From positions 1,277,111 through 1,341,110 of the forward strand of contig NW_027192192.1 in assembly GCF_041956535.1 (NCBI RefSeq): DNA of 64,000 nucleotides, written 5' to 3'. The position numbers were made by a program, and so were the translations under genes. This DNA comes from Calcarisporiella thermophila CBS 279.70. Lineage: Eukaryota > Fungi > Calcarisporiellomycota. The notes beneath the pieces were generated by a model, which made no database searches, had not been told where the DNA came from, and saw only the letters and a program-made list of their open reading frames with translations. Shown here one piece after another: positions 36,212 to 48,699 of this stretch; position 1 is the stretch's first letter, and each line of letters starts with the position of its first letter.

Positions 36212-36492
36212 CCTATGGCGCCGCTGGAACTTTATTGAAGGGATGGAGGGGGGAGGGAGGACCAAAATTTCTGCATGTCTTTGTGCTTATTTTTTTTTCG
36301 TACTTTTCTTCTACCTCTTTAATTTTAGCTTTTCTTATTTCTCACGCATTGATTATGAAAACCTCATTTTTTTTTAAAAAAAAATAAAAGTTTCTGACTT
36401 TTTTTTATTTAACAAGGTTTTCGTTACAATTTATTTCCATGGTGTTCAAGGGTTCTCAAGGAGAGCTCTTCGAGAGCGAAGGGCCTATTCCG

Positions 36493-37329
36493 TTATCGGT
36501 ATTTTACATGGCCCATTTCTTGTCGCTTCTGAAGCTTCTGTTGCCGCTTGGACTGGGCCGGCTCGCCCTGACCTTGATCGGCGCCAGAACGGCCGAAGAG
36601 GAACGGCGAAAGGTATCCCCATGCCTTGTAGACGGCATAGCACGGGATCTGTTACCATTCAAGGAAGACAAGATAAAATTAGAGATCAATAGGTGCGGAG
36701 GGGGATTTGACAATGAGGAAATGGATCCCATTAGGCCGTACCGCTAGATATGTGTACCAAAACTTATCCGAGAGAATGGACGCCAGGTGGACGAACCACG
36801 TAATGTAGATGATGTCGAAAATATACCTATAGAGCGGATCGCGTCATCTTTTGGGTTAGCATTGGCCATGGTTCGGGTGCTGGACTGTCGACTTACGCAG
36901 TCAATCCCTCGGCGCTCAGATCCTCCCCGCTTCTTACGAGCTGCCCGTCGGAAGCATAGGTTGGGTTGCCCATCTGGTAGAGCTGGCGGTAGAGGAACAG
37001 GGAGAGCCCCAGCGTGGACAAATACCCGATCCAGTGCCGCGTGCTGAAAGAGCTCCAGAAGAAAATGACGCGGACTAGAACGTAGACGGCCTGTTCTGAA
37101 AATGCAAAGACATTAAGAGGAAGGCTAGGCCCCATCCAAGACAGAGAAACGTTACGTTAACGATCAGGAATCCGCGCTGTAGATTCTCCAGCGTCTTCTT
37201 GTTCTTAATCGCAATCTTTTTTGCAGATGTATTTGCCTAGTGCATGCAAAACATAGAAAAAAAAGAGAGGACAATGAGGACATGGGCAAACTATATGCCC
37301 CATTTTAAAACGCGAATGATGGGTACCAT
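36493..37329 (-). CDS. SND2: SRP-independent targeting protein 2 / TMEM208 (DUF788)
   Basis: M|ANTSAKKIA...GEDLSAEGLTA|YIFDIIYITW...SKRQQKLQKR. The first coding exon is the ATG alone. Confidence 0.9.
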
Positions 37330-37519
37330 GACTGCTGCTGACTTGTCTTTTTCCGTCAAAGGATGCGAATTAGCGAGAAGGGAAAGTGTGAGGGCAATCA
37401 AGTCCCCGCAATGCGGAGGAAACGCAGTCACATATTTGTTTATTTTCAACCGAAATTGGTTTGCCCTATTCCAATTTTCTTATTTGATTTTCCGTTGTAT
37501 AACGGACAGTGTATCGAGA

Positions 37520-39186
37520 ATGCCACCATCAGGTCAGCTCAATTCCCCCCCTGAATGCTTTTGGATAGCCCCCTTGAAGTGTCCCTTTTAACCTTCATCC
37601 ATGTTGCTTTCCATCCCCTATAGTCGAAGCTGTGCCCCATGCGGCGAATGCCGTCCCTGCCAAGTCGAAGAAGCGGCGCGCCGAGGATGAAGGCATGGAC
37701 TCCCAGCCCGCAAAACGCACTCGCCCTGAAGCCAAACCACGCACCCACGTTCCCTCCAAGCTAGAAGCCAAAAAGCGCCGAAATCGCCAGCGGCGGCGTG
37801 AAAAACGCGCTCAAGCTCGGTTCGCTCTCTCAAGTAAGAAGCCAGAGCCCCTTAATGTGCTTCCGGGAATGTCGACGGTCGTTGGCACGGCTTGTGTATT
37901 TGGAAATGGCGACTGTGGGCAGCTGGGCTTGGGTGACGAGAGGACGACGGTGAAAGCGCCCTTCCCTCTGCCTGCGCTGGACAACATCGTCGAAATCACG
38001 GCTGGTGGCCTTCACTGCCTGGCGGTGACCAATGAGGGGAAGGTAAGCCACTCCTTCCCTTGTTACCTGGCTAATGCGATGTGTGACCAGAATGCTTCGC
38101 CTTTTAGGTTATTTCTTGGGGCTGCAATGATAAGTTTGTGCTTGGCCGCAGTGGCGATGAGTACGAGCCGGCGCCTGTTGAAGGCCTCGATGAGGTTAAG
38201 ATTGTTCGGGTGGTGGGAGGAGACAACGTCTCGCTTGCACTCACCGATCAAGGCCAAGTCTATGGGTGGGGAGTGTTCAGGGTAGGCATCCGCGACCATT
38301 CATTAAGCATTGTTCGCCACATCCACCGACTCATGTGATCTAAACCTGCTTATAGAATAACGACGGCAAGGACATTGGATTCAGCAGGGATATCCCCCTT
38401 GCCAAATCGCCTACGCGGATCGATGGGCTGCTCCACGAGACTATCGTGGAGCTTGCGGCGGGGGTTGACCATGTGCTGGCGCTGTCCGCCTCCGGCCGGG
38501 TGTATGGATGGGGCAATGGCCAGCAGTACCAGCTTGGAAAATTGGTCCCCGAGGACCAGGTGAAGGAGCACCTTTTCCCCCAGCCCCTTCCCCTCCAAGA
38601 TATTGTCCATATCGCGTCCGGATCCTACCACTCCTTTGCGGTGAACAAAGAGGGACAGCTCTTCGCCTGGGGCCTCAACAACTTCTATCAGTGTGGCATT
38701 CTGGCGGGGTCCGAGGGAGAAGAGCCCGTGGTAAAGGCGCCCACGCTTGTGGAGGGCTTACGTGGAAAGCGCGTCAAGCAAGTATCCGCGGGCGAACACC
38801 ACTCATTAGCGCTGTTGGACAGCGGAGAACTCTTCTCCTTCGGGCGTGCTGACTCGTCCCAGCTCGGTCTTCCCACCACCATGCTGGCCCAACTGAACGA
38901 AAATACCAACGAGGGAAGCTTCAAACAGGCGGTCGCCGTGCCCGCCAAGATTCCTGATCTCCCCGAGATCGTGCAGATTGCCTGCGGAAGCAACCACAAT
39001 CTTGCCCTGACAAAAGGGAACGAACTCTATGCCTGGGGATTCGGCGAAAGCGGTGCTCTGGGTACGGGCAAGGAAGAGGACGAGGTCACGCCATGTCTTG
39101 TGCGCGGAAAGCGGATCATCGATTATCAGCTTCTCAAAATCTCGGGTGGAGGTCAGCATTCACTCCTTCTGGCCGCAAAACCCTAA
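37520..39186 (+). CDS. RCC1-repeat protein, probable Ran GEF (Pim1/Srm1-like)
   Basis: Basic NLS-like N-terminal tail, then FGNGDCGQLGLG, AGGLH, WGCND...LGR, WGLNN..QCG, QLGL and GGGQH repeats. First exon is 13 nt (37520-37532). Confidence 0.88.
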
Positions 39187-40010
39187 ACTCCCTCCTTTGT
39201 AGATGCTCTAGACTTTTGTTTTTTTTTTTGGTTTTTCTTTTCTTAGTTTTTTTTTTTATTTCAACGATATACGCAAAGTTTATATACACGATGTTGCTTT
39301 ATTTCTTCTCTTTTATATTTTTTTTTATTTACCCTAATACTTCTGTACCTTTTTCTTAATTTGCAATACCATGACGCTTGTCGTTCATCTCCCATCTTTC
39401 CACTCTCCCATGCGCGCATGAAGCATCTCTCCGAGAATTCCTTTTGGTGGGGTAGAGTGCCTTTGCAGTACGGCCGCTCCGCACCTACTAGCGAGCTTGC
39501 ACGCCCAGCGCTGGAAGATAAAATATCAATTTGCCACTGTAAATGAGATTGCCCTTTGCGGCCAATGGCGGCCCGCAACTCTTGATTGAAATTCATTTAT
39601 TCAATTCCCCTCTCCCATTTCCCATTTGCAGTGGCGAGAAATGTTGGGTGGCCCGTGCTTATTACTGGCCAGCATCAGTGCTGGTCGAGTTTCTGCTAAA
39701 AAGGTTAATATGTGCAGGACCCTGTGCCGTGCCTGCCATTAGGAGCAAATTGTGTAAATAGTGAGCTTACCCTCTCTGTTTGTCAGAGGTTGGCTGAATT
39801 AATAGAGCATCGACTAATTAAATATACTTAGGCGGCTCCATCCTCTCTTCTATTTTCATTTTCTTTCCCAAGTTTTTTTCTTTTTCATTTTGTTCATTCC
39901 TCACACTCCTTACCCCAACCCTTACACTCCTTTACACCCTCGCCAGACGAATCAACCCCCCAACTACACCACAACCCAGACATCTACGCTATACTCTATC
40001 CAACCCCACC

Positions 40011-41218
40011 ATGCACATCACAGGCAAAGTCGTTCTTCCTCTGGCTCTGGCCCTCAGCGCTGGGGTGGCCGCTACCTCCGAAGCCAAGGACCCCTTACAG
40101 ATCCAGGTGAGCTCGAAACAGCCCGCCTTCACGCCCCCGGAAGCAACCGCTCATGTTGGAGATGTGGTCGAGTTCCGGGTGACCGATGGCTCACCGAGCA
40201 TCACCCAGGGGAAAGGGCCGGCCGGAGCAGAGGCCTGCGAACCGGTCGAAGGCGGATTCGATAGCGGGATCCAGCAACAAGGATCCACCTTTAAGCTGGC
40301 GCTCGAAGAGAAGCATGTTGGAACCGTAAGAAAGCCCATCGCCTACTCTCCCTGAGGATAGCAAAATTGACCCATTGTTTGTATACTATTGCTTAGATCT
40401 TTTATTTCAGCAAGGCGGACAAGAATTGTGAGAATGGTCTGCGAGGGAGCTTGACTGTTCTGCCGAAGCGAGATGCGAATGAGCTCAGCGTGGCCAACCC
40501 GAGCCAACCTGATTTGAAGGAGGGAGAAGTCCGAGTGGAGGAGGAGGGAAACAGGTTTGATGAGCAAGCTGAACTCGAGGGCGAGGAGGAGGAAGAAGAG
40601 TGCGAAGAAGATGAGGGGGAAGAGGAAGAGGAGCGCAGAGAAGAAGAACCAGGAGTGGATGAAGAGGTGGGAGGTGTAGAGGAGCCAGATGAGAAAGAAA
40701 AGAAGGAAGAGCCTATCCCAGCTGACAGTGAAGGCAAGGAGGAGGAGGAGGAGGAGGAGGAGGAGGAGGAGTGTGAGGATGAAGAGGATGAAGAGGGGGA
40801 GCCGAATGAGGAGGAGACCACGGAAGAAGAGGGGGATGAGGACGAAGAGTGCGAAGAAGAGGAAGAGGGGGAGGAGGGGGCATCACTCATTAGTGACGGT
40901 GGGAGCCTCCCCACCGACTACGCCGGGACCAGCACTCTGCCCGTTTCCTCCCTCCTCACCGAGGCGAGCATCGCGACTGCGGCTCCGAGCGGGACTTTGT
41001 CGAGGGCTGGCGCATCTGGTCTCTCCAGTGCTGCCGTGAGCTCTCCGACTGGGTCGGCCGCCAAGGCAACCGTCGGAAAGGCTAGCAATCTGAATAGCTC
41101 GGCGAAGCCATCCGGCTCGTTTGAGGACTTGTACGGAAGCGGGGCCCTCTCGCGTCCGTCCGCGCTGCTCTCCACTGCGGCCTTGCTGATGGGTGGCCTG
41201 GCTGTCATCCTCTTCTAA
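40011..41218 (+). CDS. secreted, GPI-anchored cupredoxin-like protein with poly-Glu/Cys stalk
   Basis: Signal peptide, FTP...GDVVEF...GGFDSG domain, intron 40326-40396, acidic tract, Ser/Ala/Thr linker, and GSGA omega-like site followed by a hydrophobic tail. Confidence 0.85.
40738..40770 (+). repeat. (GAG)n microsatellite encoding poly-Glu
   Basis: About 11 consecutive gag codons. Confidence 0.85.
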
Positions 41219-43740
41219 ATGTTAGGCTAGTTAGAGTTGTTATTCGTAGGACATCTTCACTACTTTGTACACTGTATCACCCTTCATTTCTAATACTCAA
41301 TTTAAGCTCGCCTCAAGTCGAGTCGCATAATGTTCAAAGCCCCCCCCCTATTTGTTGAATTTAATAAAATATAGAATTTAGCTTGGCCGTTCCATGGATC
41401 GGAGGTGCACAAAGGAAGGCCATGGCCTATGGCCAGTGAACAAGGCACGAAAGACGCCATCAGCAGGCTATCGGAGGCCGGCCTTTGTTTGAGCATGCGC
41501 TGGCGTGCGGATCTCTTCCTGATCGCCGGCAGCGGGCTTCCCAGATCCCAACCCAGTCCCGGTTCCGAAGCCCCATCTTTGGCCCGTCGACGTGGATGAG
41601 TAAGATGCGCGAAAAAGCCAAATTAGGCTATTGGGCCCAACTATCTAGCTCGATCTTCACCGCGATATTACGTAACTTGGCACCGGGGGAGAGTGACCCT
41701 CCAACCTAGGAGTCAACCCTACCCACTTGCACCATCTCGGCTTGAAGGCCAAGCCACCAGCGCAGTTGAAAAAGCTTAGATGGGATTGAGGGGGTGTGCG
41801 AGCAACACGGGGGACACACTCATTTCGGCCCAACCTATTGACTGGCATAGGCTGGGTGAACGTGGTCGGAAAAACTATAATGCAGGCACGAGGTGGGAGA
41901 AAATAAGAAAACCAAGCGGCTCTCCCGCACAATAGAGTCGCTTTTGTCAGCGCAGAAGGGTGGGGTTTGGAGGCAGGGCAAATTTCTTCGCCTTAAGGTA
42001 GGGCTGCGGTTGCTACCCCGCACTATTTGAATAGGACACTTTGAACGCACAAAAAAGGGAACGTAAGGGTTACATTCAATCCATTTAGGATTTAGTGATA
42101 ACAGCCTCTTTTTAGCGAACCGAATACAAGCCTCCTATGGAGTCTGAACTCTGCGCCGCCAATGACGGCAGGGACAGAGAGACATGGCCCCTATAATACA
42201 GACCGGGCCAATGGAGGCCCACCGGGTCCAACTCGACCATCGTTCTCCAGACCAGGGGATTTGCGCAAGCTCCAGTGCAGAGAGATCCCTTGTGGGACCG
42301 TTCTCGAGGATGCTTTCTTGAGCAGGCGCGCGGCCTTTCCCCAGCTTCATTTGCAAAACACGTGGGGGAGCAAAAGCCCCCCAATTCTAATCAGCAGCAG
42401 AGCAAACACAAGCGTCTGGTGCTCGTTTCAGGCCTCTGTTTTGGCTCGTTTGGTCACGGCGGCACCGTAGAGCGAGGGCTTTGCTCGAGGGAGATTCGAT
42501 AAGCACTGCTTTTTTTTTTCAGTGAGCCGTGATTTCCTTTGTTCGTTTTCAGATGCTTTTCTCCAATCTGGAGTGCTTGTTCGATTTCTATTCGTGTTTT
42601 CGTATTTCCGGTGACGAGGAAGGCAGGAGGGGAGCCATTCGGAAATCGGAACCAGGGCAAAAGCGGATTGACAGAAGAAGTCAGATTATGTCTGAAATCG
42701 ATAAGCGCATGCCTTTGTGACTGCGCAGGGAGGGGTGCATATGAAAGAAATCCTAAAAGGCAGATTCGGCCGGAAGGCCCGCTCCACGAGACAACGAGTG
42801 GTTCCACCGTGTGCAAGCCTGGAGTAATGATCTGAGAAACCATGTGTGTGGTTCTGTCTTGCGCAATTGCACCATTGGGCGCTCGCCCCCAGCGAGTGCT
42901 TATTCTGCCGCTGGTTCTAGCTCGCTGAGATTGCAGAGATCTCCGTTGGCTGGCCGTGCGTCAGCGGCTGCTTTCCACGAGCCAGGGGCGCTTGAGCACT
43001 GCTTGTCCTGCCTCCCGCATTTTTGCACGGGCAACTCCGCCACCGCGGTGGATGCTTTGATCTCGGCTGGGCACGGCTGGGGAAAGAGTGGAGAAAGCCA
43101 TCGCTCGGTTTGTGACGCACCAGAACAAAGGCGTGGGGGAGTGCATCGCTCGATTTTTTTCGTGGGAATCGGGGGGGAGCAGCGTCAGGCAATGCCGCGC
43201 GGATCCGGATCTCAACTCTAAATCGCCTGGATGCGGGGACGCCCATCGTGACTCACGGGGGAGGGGGAGGAGGAGGAGGAGGAAAAAACATGAGCCTAGG
43301 GCGACTAAGCTGGGGAAGCCGGCAGAATGGCACAAGGTTGTTGAAGAAAATACGTCAGTTGTCGAGAGCAGGCGAGCTGAGTTGCGAGGGGCATCTATTA
43401 ATATATTGAGTTGCAATTGTAGAGTTAATTGCTATGGAGACGGATCGATGAGAGCGGGTGAGGCCGGGGAGTGGTGGAGAGGGTGGGACAAAGGGACATG
43501 ATGAGATGGAACTGATAAAGTCGGAAGAAGCGGGGGGGGATATTTGTCAGGGGAAACGGCCCTCGGCGGGAGGGCAATCTTGGCCGCAAGCCGAGGCCCG
43601 GTTCTTCCCGCAGCGCTCATCCACAGTCAGGCCAACCCACCGTGACAAAGGCGAGGCCGCCACGCCCTGCCGTCCCCTCACACCGCGAGAGCGGCCCTCG
43701 GCAAGGCCAAGCCGGCGGCAGTTTACCCTGCGGGGCGGCC

Positions 43741-43747
43741 TATAAAG
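43741..43747 (+). promoter_or_regulatory. putative TATA box of creA
   Basis: TATAAAG in a GC-rich context, about 400 bp upstream of the ATG. Confidence 0.45.
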
Positions 43748-44139
43748 CGTGCCAATGCGCTATCGATCTTGGCCTGGACATCCTATCAGTGCTGAGAATT
43801 CTTCCCCGCATTACAACGCCTCGTCGATTTGCTTGCTGTGGTTTGCTGACGTTACACCTGTCAGTGTCCGTGCTCCGAACCGAGCGATAGCGTGTTTTCA
43901 AATAAAAATTTTCAGATTCTAATTTTTTTTATTTCTTGCTTGCCCCACATTTTTCTGGCCAGTTGGCATTGTCGGGGTCTCCGGCAGGAATTTTTTGGAC
44001 ACTCTTAAGTAGCCCGCCCCTGCCCTCCGCACGGAGCCTCCTCTCTTTCTGCTTTCCTCGCTGACAAAGCTGCCCCGGACCCTTGTCTGTTGTTGCCTGC
44101 CGCATCGTCTTGTCTCTTCGCCATCCCTCCCTGCTCGCC

Positions 44140-44961
44140 ATGTCATTCGAGGCCGCCGTCTGTCTACTCGAATTCGCAAAGGGCGCACGCCAGGAATCCG
44201 CACCCCCCTCGCCATCCGCATCTCCCGCCGAGTCCCCCGCCGCCTCCCCCAAAATCTCCCCCGCAGCCAGCCCCAAGGCCGCCAGCGCCCGCTCGGCGCC
44301 CAAGAACAAGGACGCCCCGCGCCCCTACGAATGCCATATCTGCTCCCGTGCATTCTACCGCCTCGAGCATCAGACCCGCCACATCCGCACCCACACCGGC
44401 GAGAAGCCCCACCGCTGCACCTTCCCCGGCTGCGAGAAGCGCTTCTCGCGCTCCGACGAGCTCACCCGCCACTCCCGCATCCACACCAATCCCAAGCGCC
44501 GCAAGGGCGCAAAGCCCCGCGGGGCCCCGAGAACCGCCGACCCCCCCTCGCCGCACTCGGTCAAGAGCGACAGCAATGACGAGGCCCTCGCCACCCCGAT
44601 GGCCTCGCCGCGGCTGGAGCCCCTCACCACCCCCCAAGGGGGCAGCTGGTCCGACTCCGAGAGCGACACGCCCGCCGTCTTCACCCCCGAGACCTCGCCC
44701 CAGCCCGTGAGCCGCCCCCACACCCCCACGCTCCCGCTGCCCTCCGTGTCGCGGCTGACCATGTTTCCCTACAAGAGCGGCCCCGCGCTGCCGTCTCCCG
44801 CCCTCGAGCACATGCCCGTCTCGTCGGTGCGCACCCCGCGGCTGTCCGATCTCTTGAACGACGCCCCCACTTGTCGGGTCCTGCCCCCGCTGGCGAGCGT
44901 GTCGCCAAGGTATATGGCCAGCAACGAGCTGGTGGAGCTCCCGCCCCTGCGCGACCATTGA
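44140..44961 (+). CDS. creA: carbon catabolite repressor CreA/Mig1 family C2H2 protein
   Basis: [56 protein letters not shown], with C-terminal LSDLLN and LPPL motifs. Intronless. Confidence 0.93.
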   Translation: MSFEAAVCLLEFAKGARQESAPPSPSASPAESPAASPKISPAASPKAASARSAPKNKDAPRPYECHICSRAFYRLEHQTRHIRTHTGEKPHRCTFPGCEKRFSRSDELTRHSRIHTNPKRRKGAKPRGAPRTADPPSPHSVKSDSNDEALATPMASPRLEPLTTPQGGSWSDSESDTPAVFTPETSPQPVSRPHTPTLPLPSVSRLTMFPYKSGPALPSPALEHMPVSSVRTPRLSDLLNDAPTCRVLPPLASVSPRYMASNELVELPPLRDH

Positions 44962-45352
44962 ACACATAGTTAGTCCTTTTTCTTCCTTATATATTCTGCA
45001 TATTATTCTAGCCTTAGCCTCTCCTCCCTCGCTTGTATAAATTTTCATTGTCTTCCCCTCTTGTACAGCCCCAGCCCCCTCTCACCCCCTAAACCCCCTC
45101 CACTTCTCTAGAAATAGCCTATTCCAAGATTCCCCCTCACTTATATATCAGTTTCCTCTCCCCTTCCCCCCCTAAAGCCCCCCTACATTTGATAGAAGTT
45201 GCTTATTCACCTAATTATTTTTTAAAAAACGTTTTTATTTTATATTAAAAAAAATAATGCCTGTCAATCGCTTTGTGCTAATATGGAATGGAAATGAGGG
45301 TGAAATGTAGGACTGCATTAGAGGACTCAACGCCGGGAATCTCAGCGCGCTA

Positions 45353-45559
45353 TCATTCAGGGCCGGTTTTGCCGTCCTGATGCTTTGCTTCTGGATCCCC
45401 TGCGCCGCCGCAGCCGGCGAATTCCTTGATGCGTTCTTTGACATGCTGAGGATCATTCTTGACCTGTATGACTTTGTCTTTGAGTTTGCCGATGGTGGTC
45501 TTGTCTCCATCGGCATCGGCAGCCGCATTGGAGCGATGTAATAGGGGGTTGTGTTCCAT
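45353..45559 (-). CDS. small hydrophilic protein (68 aa), hydrophilin/LEA-like composition
   Basis: GC-rich ORF between AT-rich flanks, with (TA)n and TATA-like elements upstream. Charged, Gly-rich sequence with no hydrophobic core. Confidence 0.5.
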   Translation of the reverse strand: MEHNPLLHRSNAAADADGDKTTIGKLKDKVIQVKNDPQHVKERIKEFAGCGGAGDPEAKHQDGKTGPE

Positions 45560-45865
45560 ACCGATAGGGTGGTGGTGTATAAACTGGACAATGTCGTTCG
45601 AAACACGATCCGAGTTGATTCAAGGAATCGAGAAATGGAAATATATAGGAACGCCAATAAATTTCGGCCCTTCTGCCTATATCTACTTTAATTACACACT
45701 GTATATATATATATATAGGGCCAAGGGCGTAGCCAAACTCTATAAATGTCATTCATTTTTCGTTATATTTTGCTCTCAAAAAGGGAAGTAGAAAGAACAA
45801 AAGAAATAAAAATAAAGGCAAATGAAAAAGTTGACAACGGTACAGCAGCCCCCACTTTCTCAGGT

Positions 45866-46717
45866 TTAATGGTTATTTTTGGATACCCCACCAGCCGCTT
45901 TGTGAAGATCTTGTTCTATCGGGAAGAAGGGAAGAGGAAGAGTTAGACACCCATCGGCGAACCCGGAAAGTCGGATCGTAGCACTACGTACCCAGAGTAT
46001 ACACATGTGTTTTCAGCTCGAGATGTTCTATATTGAGCGAATCCTGTAAATAGAGAAAAGGTCGAGTGGAATGAGTATGAGCGCATGAGCCCCATTTCTA
46101 GTCAGGTGTGGTATAGTTACGTAGAGTTTTTTGAGCTCATTTCGGAGATCGTTGAGCTGCTCCGTGGTGGCTGCGCTTGTGCGAAGCTTCTTCAAATCCT
46201 TATCCACACTCTCAATCTTTTTAGCGTATTCTCGCACCTTATTAATACCAACGCGAAAGATAAATAATATGTCATTAGGATGAGTCGGCGCTGTTTAAAT
46301 TTCAAAATAATGCAAGAAAGAAAGGGGGGGAAAAGGAGGATGAGGAAAAAAGAGTAACCCCCTCAAGTTACCTTGTTTGTTGATGATTGCAGCTCTTCCA
46401 CAGAATGCAACAAGAGACTGGATGCCGTGCGGTATTCATCAAGAAGATAGTAATACCCAGCCCCACCTGCTAGAGCAGCACCGAAAATGAATCCAATGAT
46501 CCTGTGAATGCCGCAGAGTGGGAAATTTCGGATACAAAGGGTGAGTTCGATGAAGAAACCAAGTGGATGACAGTCGGCCTTACCCCCCTCGGAATCCGCC
46601 CACCGGCTTCTTCGCGGACCCAAAGATGCCCCCATTGGCTTCCGATCTCGCCACAGATGAAGAAGAGAAGCCGCGCCTTGCCGAGGTGCTGATTAGTCTT
46701 GCAACAAAGGGCGACAT
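45866..46717 (-). CDS. conserved fungal mitochondrial single-TM coiled-coil protein
   Basis: Presequence MSPFVARLISTSARRGFSSS, then KKPVGGFRGG|IIGFIFGAALAGGAGYYYLLDEY, then a coiled coil. Five exons with canonical sites. Confidence 0.8.
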
Positions 46718-46920
46718 TCTGAAATTGTCTAGATTGGAATTCTAATCGTTTTCGCTTATTGAGCTAGTGTTCGAGTTTCGTATTTTAAAGTTCCGGTGGC
46801 TTGTTTACTCTCTTTCCGAGTTTAAGATGGAGAGTGGATGTGCTGCTAATTCCGTTCATTTCTACAGAAATAACACCGTCCCGCAGGATCTTACCTCTTC
46901 CTGGCCGGTAAATAAATCCA

Positions 46921-48498
46921 ATGGACCTATCATCTTTACTGAAATCAGAGATTGATCGCAAACGCAAGAAGATCGAAGCCGTCAACGGCAATGGACCCAA
47001 GAAGAAGTACTATAGTCGTGCAGAACTGGAGAAAATACGGGAGAAGGAGTACCTTGAGGAACAGGAGAGGCTGGAGCGAGAACGCATGGTAAGTCCCTCC
47101 AGCCAGACGATGGCTCGGAGATGGGATCCAAAAAGACTCTCATGGCCCTCGTTTCAAAAATAGGAAAAGCTGAGAAAGCGTCTTAAACTGGACGAGAAGG
47201 AGGCGAAAGATCAGGGAAGTGAGCATTCGGATGTTGAGGACAAGGAAAAGGAGGATCAGGAGAAAGAGGAGACCGACACATTAAATTTGAAGCCAGAAGA
47301 AATCACACGGAGATTACGTGCTCGGGGGCAGCCAATACGCCTTTTTGGCGAGACCGATAAAGAGCGAAAGCTCCGGCTCCGGGCTCTGGAGCTAATTGAA
47401 GAGAGGACAGAGGTAATTCAGCTATCTATATTCAAAGGGGCGAATGGCTTTGCCTTGAATAATAATGCTGACACTGTGGATAATTAGGGTCAACGGAATG
47501 ATTTCATGAGAACGCTCGAGAGTTTGGAATCGGGTATGGAGCTTGAAGTATTGAAGAAGCAGGCCGACTCTGGCGAGGACACCGGTAGTGGCAACGATGA
47601 AAAGTCAAAGGAGGATCTGAAGGTATTTTAATTTTGCTCTGCCTTTTCACTCCCAGTTGCTAATATTTCGTATTAGGAATTGCCGATTGACTTGGGTTTA
47701 TTACGCACCGAGCCAGACAAGTTATATGGATTAATATATGTATATTTAAAGGTATGTAATCTATACTATCGCAAAGGGCCTGTGTGGATTGTCAATAAAC
47801 ACCTTTCCCTTTACTTTATTTTCTGTTTAGCGTCGCTTAAAAGACTGGGAGCAATATATGAAAGACCGACCAGGTAGGGCATTGCATCTTTGAGAGAGCT
47901 CAGTCTTGGGAACCTTCTAATGACTCCTCCACTATTTGCTGTAGATCACGTAAAGCATAGCACTCAGGGCAAACTTCAAGCAGCCATGCAGAAACAGTCC
48001 GAGCAATATATGAAGCCGCTTTTCAGAAGACTGAAGACAAAGGTATGCTTTCTTTACTTCGTAGCAATTCCCTCTGATATTCCTTTTGGAATGGCCCGTT
48101 CATCTTTTACCCTCGCATATACTAGGATCTCGAACCCGATGTCTTGGCACGGATTGCTGAGATCACGCACTATATGCAAAACCGCGAGTATATGAATGCG
48201 CAAGATTCTTATCTTCGTCTCTCCATTGGCAACGCGCCATGGCCCATTGGAGTAACCATGGTTGGGTATGTGACCCCTAGTCCCTCATGAATTGGGAAAA
48301 TGCATGCTAACGCGTGTGATTTTTTCTGGGATGGATAGTATTCATGAGCGTTCTGCACGCGAGAAGATTTTCTCGACGCAGGTGGCCCACGTCTTGAACG
48401 ATGAGACCTCCCGGAAATGGATCCAGTGCATCAAGCGTTTGATGACCTTTTGCCAGCAGAAATATCCCCCGGACACTCATGCCCAATTGGTGGGCTAA
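46921..48498 (+). CDS. PRP18: pre-mRNA splicing factor 18
   Basis: [17 protein letters not shown] (SFM motif), [19 protein letters not shown]|[10 protein letters not shown] and [14 protein letters not shown]. Confidence 0.95.
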
Positions 48499-48699
48499 CC
48501 GAGTTTGGTCCTTTGTTGCCAGAGCATAGTTTTTGCATGCATGTAATTTTTCAATAAATATTTCGAGTCCAAAAAAAAGCAAAGAAACGTGTTTTATTTT
48601 ATAAAAAATGAGACGCAGTCACCTTGGGGCATCCCAACGCTGGTCGTTTTTTGGATGGGGGGGGGGGGGAGGGAAAGGGGAATAGGATGGTTTTGGGGT

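Noticed and set aside
40402-40914. Ser-rich antisense ORF
   Set aside because: Mirror of the poly-Glu codons.
44164-45048. 294-aa antisense ORF over creA
   Set aside because: GC-rich shadow of a clearly conserved sense gene.
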